Positions 56,427 to 64,000 of a DNA stretch of 64,000 nucleotides are shown piece after piece (within the stretch, counting starts at the first letter, position 1; every line of letters starts with the position of its first letter). Both the position numbers and the translations under genes were made by a program. A model generated the notes under the pieces. It saw only the letters and a program-made list of their open reading frames with translations, did not search any database and was not told where the DNA came from. The stretch lies in the NCBI RefSeq assembly GCF_009914755.1, contig NC_060929.1. The stretch is one strand, 5' to 3'. This stretch comes from the human T2T-CHM13v2.0 reference genome, Homo sapiens.

Positions 56427-56789
56427 TTAGTTGTAATAGCCATATCCCTAAGGTCAGCTGCTCATCCTTGGCTTTTTGATTGGCTGTATCCTCTGAAGCC
56501 TTCGTGATTTCCCATCTTTCTCTTTCAAACCGAATGTGTCAAAGCCTTAGCATTGTCCTAAATGTGGATTTTTTCTTGACTCTGCCTTGTACCTTTGAAG
56601 TTACACCCTAGTACCGTTTGTGTGTGGCTTATTGTTCTTGGATGCCATCAACAGCACAGCTACCTCACAACTTGGGTTACATTTATGATGGTCCATCCCT
56701 CCAATAGAGACCACACTTGGGTTTACTTATTTGGATGAGGATATGTTTTCCATTCAGTCATTTCTCTTTCTCTTAAGATTTTTGTATGG

Positions 56790-57480
56790 CTTCTTCAGGA
56801 AAATAATTTCAGCATCATAGGGAAAATGGACAGAAGGAAATAGTCTAGAATAAGGTAAACCTGTTAGAAACTCTTGAAGAAAGTCAGGGGGAACTGACCT
56901 GGGATTGAACCAGGGTGTAAATGGCAGAGGAAGAGGAATGATGGAAAGGAGAGAATAGATGCTAGAGATGTTGCAAAGGAAAGGGTAACAACCAGTGCAA
57001 CCGGTTGCCAGGATTCAGCAACAAGTTGTGTAGAAAAAGGGAGGGTGAAGGTGATTTTGAACTAGAGTAACCAAAATATGCAGGGTGGAAGGTTTTGCTA
57101 TTAACAGAATAAGGAAAATAGAAAACAGTATAGTTTTGGGGGAAAAAAAGTTCAGTTTTGAACATATTGAGAAATCTGATGAATAACCAGATGAAGATCA
57201 CTATTAAGCATTTGGAAATGAGGATCTGTAACTTCAGAGGGAGCCAGCCTGGAAATATGTATTTGAGAATTATTTGAGGTATTAGTTCATGCTGAGATTA
57301 AATGATTGCCAAGAAGGTAATTTTCCAAGGAATGAGTTATTTGGCGAATATGATGAAATTAGGAAATAGGAGGATAAAGGTGAGAGAGATAAAGAAGAGA
57401 GAGAGAGAGAGAGAGTGAGAGTAACACAAAAGTTAGAAGGAGAAATAACAAGGGCACATCCAACTTAGTGATAATGAAAA
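56790..57480 (-). mobile_element. L2 relic
   Basis: agttcagttttgaacatattgag...aagcatttggaaat...ctggaaatatgtatttgagaat. Confidence 0.7.
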
Positions 57481-57494
57481 GTTCATTAATACAT

Positions 57495-57563
57495 TTTATT
57501 AGGCAAAGTTCTCCAAAGAACAGAATCAATTGTATATGTATATAGATATATATAGAATATATC

Positions 57564-57613
<50 letters not shown>

Positions 57614-58035
57614 ATCTATCTACATATTCCTATAAAGAATTGGCTTACATAATTATGGATGCTGACAAGTCCAAACTCTGTAGGGTGAGCTGGCAGGATG
57701 GAGACCCAGGAGAGTCAATGTTCCAGTTTGAATCCAAAGGCCATTTGCTATAGAACCAGGAAGGGCCAGTGATGTAGATACAGTCTGAAGGCAGCTTGCT
57801 GGAGAATTATCTCCTGTCTAGAGGGGATTCTGGTCTTTTTGTTCTATTCTGGTTTCCAGCTGCTTCGGTGAGGCCCGCTCACATCATGGAGAGCAATCTG
57901 CTTTACTCAAAGTTCACTGATTTAAATGTTAGTCACATCCAAAAACACCCTCACAAAAATACTTAGAATAATATCTGGGCAAATATCTGGCATTCCATGG
58001 GCCATCCATGTTTATACATAAAATTAATCACCAGA
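57495..58035 (-). mobile_element. MLT2B-like LTR (3' LTR of the adjacent ERV-L)
   Basis: gttctccaaagaacagaatcaat...gaattggcttacataattatgga...gagagcaatctgctttactcaaagttcactgatttaaatgtt...aaaattaatcacca. Confidence 0.9.
57566..57620. repeat. (TATC)12 ATC TATC tetranucleotide STR
   Basis: Read directly. Confidence 0.95.
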
Positions 58036-58283
58036 AGCTCACTTCTGTCAATTGGCCCCCATACACATCTCCTTATATCATAATTAATCTTCAAATGAAA
58101 ACAATAACAAGGTTATACCTCTGCCTGACACGATACGACTATCCAGCATACAACCAAAAATGCACTAACTTTTTCCCCAGAAGAGAATACAAAGTTCTTG
58201 ACTATTGTTTGCTCTTCTCCTTGATATCCTGTAACTTAAATACCATGATACAAAGTCAATACATTTTATGTTACATGGTATTA

Positions 58284-58325
<42 letters not shown>

Positions 58326-59490
58326 TTATAACAAACTGAGGAGGGAATACTAATGCCAATTACATTTATCCTTCCTGTAACAGGTCATGTGGTCATAGCT
58401 GGTATTTATAACTACTTTCTTCCATTCTGTATTCCCTTTGCCTTCAGCAAGCATCTCAGCTGGCTGTGGCTTTTTAACCTGGTGGAGTTACCCAAACCTT
58501 CATTCCTGAAGGGTCTGGGCCATGCCTAGTACTGCCTGAATTGTGTTGTGGTTTTCCATTGACCTTAACCACAGGGAATAATAATACTAAGAAATGGCCT
58601 AAGGGATTTCCTGTATTCCAAACATACTTTTTCTTACTTCCATTATGGAATAACAGTTCAATTTCTCCTTGGTAGTCAGGATCAGTCACCACAGATAGCA
58701 CAATAACTCCCTCCTTTGCTTCAGGTGTAAGGAGTCTAAAGTGGATAGGTGGCAATCCAGTTCAATTGAATCATCATTTCATCTCTTGGTGGAAGCATTC
58801 CTCCTTTTGGAACCAAACTGTCTAGGCTAGCAGAGCCTAAGGTTGCAGGGACAGGAGGAAAACTTTCTGCTAGTAAATCACTAGGATGAAGAACTAAGAA
58901 CTCTTGGTCAGCAGAGTCAAAGATTGCAGGGATAGAAGAAAAAAATTGCTTGTAGATAGCAAAAAAAAAAAAAATTAACAGTGTATCAATAGTGAGTGGC
59001 CCTACTTTTATTTCCATCTCTTGATCCTTGGACCCATTAATTCTGGCTATGCGAGAAACCGCATCACATATTGGATGTTGATTCAGACCACATACAGCCC
59101 CATGGAGCTGCAGCTGATACTTCAAAAGGTCATTCCACTGTTTTATCAAGCCAGCTTCTTCAGGACAGTGGGGAAGATGGTGAGTGACTGAATTCCATGA
59201 TCATGAGCTCATTGCTTCACTTCATTTCTGTGAAGTGAGTTCCTTGATTAGAGGTAATGCTGTATGGAATACCATTGTGGTACATAAGACATTCTAGTCC
59301 ACAGCTGGCAGTTTTTGCAGAAACATTGTATTCAGGGAATTAAAATTCATATCCAGGGTCTATTCCACAAGACAAAAGGCTGCCTGTTCCGTGATGGAAG
59401 TGGTCCAACGCCTTTAACCTGCAACCAGGTAGCTGGTTGATCATTCTGAGAAAAAGCACCATATTGAGAAGTGTTGGTTTCTGCTACTCT
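58036..59490 (-). mobile_element. ERV-L (HERVL/ERVL-B4-like) internal relic: integrase C-terminal half and dUTPase
   Basis: ORF 58474-58755 VVTDPDYQGEIELLFHNG (dUTPase motif 3, IDxDYxGE) and GPDPSGMKVWVTPPG; ORF 58736-59149 IKQWNDLLK (integrase ExWNxxLK); frameshifted. Confidence 0.92.
58287..58322. repeat. (CA)18 microsatellite
   Basis: Read directly. Confidence 0.97.
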
Positions 59491-59754
59491 CATGATGTAC
59501 ACCTTCAAACACTTTTAGACATTTTTGAAATTTTGAAATGCTGATGTGATACACCGTCTTAAATTTCATCTTGGAAACCCTGCTTGCAAACCCATATTGT
59601 TCCCAGAGGAATCATTTTCTCTCCAATTTTTAGTTAGACAACGAGGAAAACTTATTAATACTTTCAGGTCATCAGATTGCTTAATATCCTTCACCATAAT
59701 TAGTAATTCTTAAAAAGTTATATATAATTGCAAAGGAAAGGAAAGTACTATAGG

Positions 59755-62219
<2,465 letters not shown>

Positions 62220-63419
62220 GATAGCATTCTAGGCAAAAGAATAGAAGTTTTAATGGCTTATTTTGTTGTGTCCTCCTTGACACTCTATAAACAATAAACA
62301 ATTCAGTTACTTTTCTCAAGCCGAAATTTCATTTGGGACATTTTGAACACTGGGGCATGAAGGATATGTATATTCAAATTTATGTAAAATGTCTATACAC
62401 TAATAATGGAAACCAGGATAGAGTGCTACTATGACAATAACAATTGGATCCTGCCAGTGTCCTCAGCCAGGTGATATTTCAAGTATAGTTTTTGAATAAC
62501 TGTTTACACAGGAGTTTGCTTAAGCAGTACCATGAGTTTGTATAAGATATGCAACACAAGTAACTTTGCACATTTAAAATTTAAAGGGACCTGGAGATTT
62601 ATTGATCACTGGTGGCTTTTAATTAGATGGCATGAATAGAAGGGAAAGATTAAAAATCTTAGAAAGCACTCAAAATACTTGAAAAAAAATCTAAAATAAA
62701 ACCCACAAATATTTCCTCACTCTTTCAGGTAGCAATAAAACTATAAGTCATCTAGACCTTTGTGGAAAGTAGGTAAAATTTCCTAGCATTTTAAAAAACT
62801 ATTTGTGAAGGAAAAAGAGCAAAAAAGAACAGGGCATGAAAATTCTTCTAAAGACATAAACGTATACCTCATACCTCCTGTCACTCCCACCATTTCCCTT
62901 CTGAAGCAGAACAGTCTGGATAATGTTTTCAAGTATGAATTCTTTTCACCAGTCCCTTTCCTACACCATGTTCTGTTTCAATTTTGAAACTTATTTGAGT
63001 CAGAGCTGGAAATGACTGTAATTAATTCATATATCATATAAAAGAGAGCACAAGAAAATTAAAAATGGCCCCACCCAAGAGAATATTTAAAGCATCTCTT
63101 CCTGGAGACTTTCAGGGAATTTTGGAGAATGACTGGGAACAGCTCTTATTCAGTATCCCTCATGAGATGTATGAGCTCTTCCTCCTTTACCCCAACAGCT
63201 CTTCTTCATATGTTGTAGAGTAAGAGTCCTCCTAGAGTGATAACCTTAAACAAACTCCTAAAGGCTACTTAAGGATAAGTGACACTTTCAGCAAACATCA
63301 AAGCTAGATTCCAAGGAAGTCTCGACTTTAAGCTGTCTTAAAGCAAATTGTAAATTTTACTGACACTTGTGTTCACAATTAAAAAGAAAAGAAAAAAATA
63401 TACGTATATATATTTCTAT

Positions 63420-63824
<405 letters not shown>

Positions 63825-64000
63825 TTAAAAGCTAGTGAAAGTGTTTTCATAGAAATGTTATTTAATCACTAGGAAAAAATTGTACCAAGATAAGTAAAAC
63901 GACTATACAACTGTGATTCAAAGCTTCAGAAAAGCATTTAGTGTTGTTTAATACACTGTTTAAATGTATTAAATTAATATTGCTTGGCATTTTAGATATT

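Noticed and set aside
58474-59149. dUTPase/integrase ORFs as a possible domesticated gene
   Set aside because: Frameshifted, with deletions and substituted catalytic motifs; an ordinary ERV-L relic.

Overview
Primate (human-like, catarrhine) AT-rich non-coding DNA, either intergenic or deep intronic. No CpG island, no credible protein-coding exon and nothing prokaryotic is visible. Every ORF in the supplied track is short, and those with recognisable similarity are read-throughs of Alu, L1, L2 or ERV-L relics. Much of the window is interspersed repeat: nine Alus, a MER11 (HERV-K/HML-8) solo LTR with a perfect 6-bp TSD, several L1 pieces, L2/MIR/L3 relics, hAT DNA-transposon relics, a nested MaLR cluster (44.5-48.1 kb) and an ERV-L 3' segment with dUTPase/integrase remnants. 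The most notable observation is a heavily diverged, near full-length U6 snRNA copy fused to the 3' end of an ancient L1M element inside one probable TSD (24183-24509), i.e. an apparently very old U6/L1 chimeric retrocopy. I found no evidence for a new multi-gene system. All repeat names are assigned by eye from recalled consensus sequences, so subfamily labels and most boundaries are approximate.
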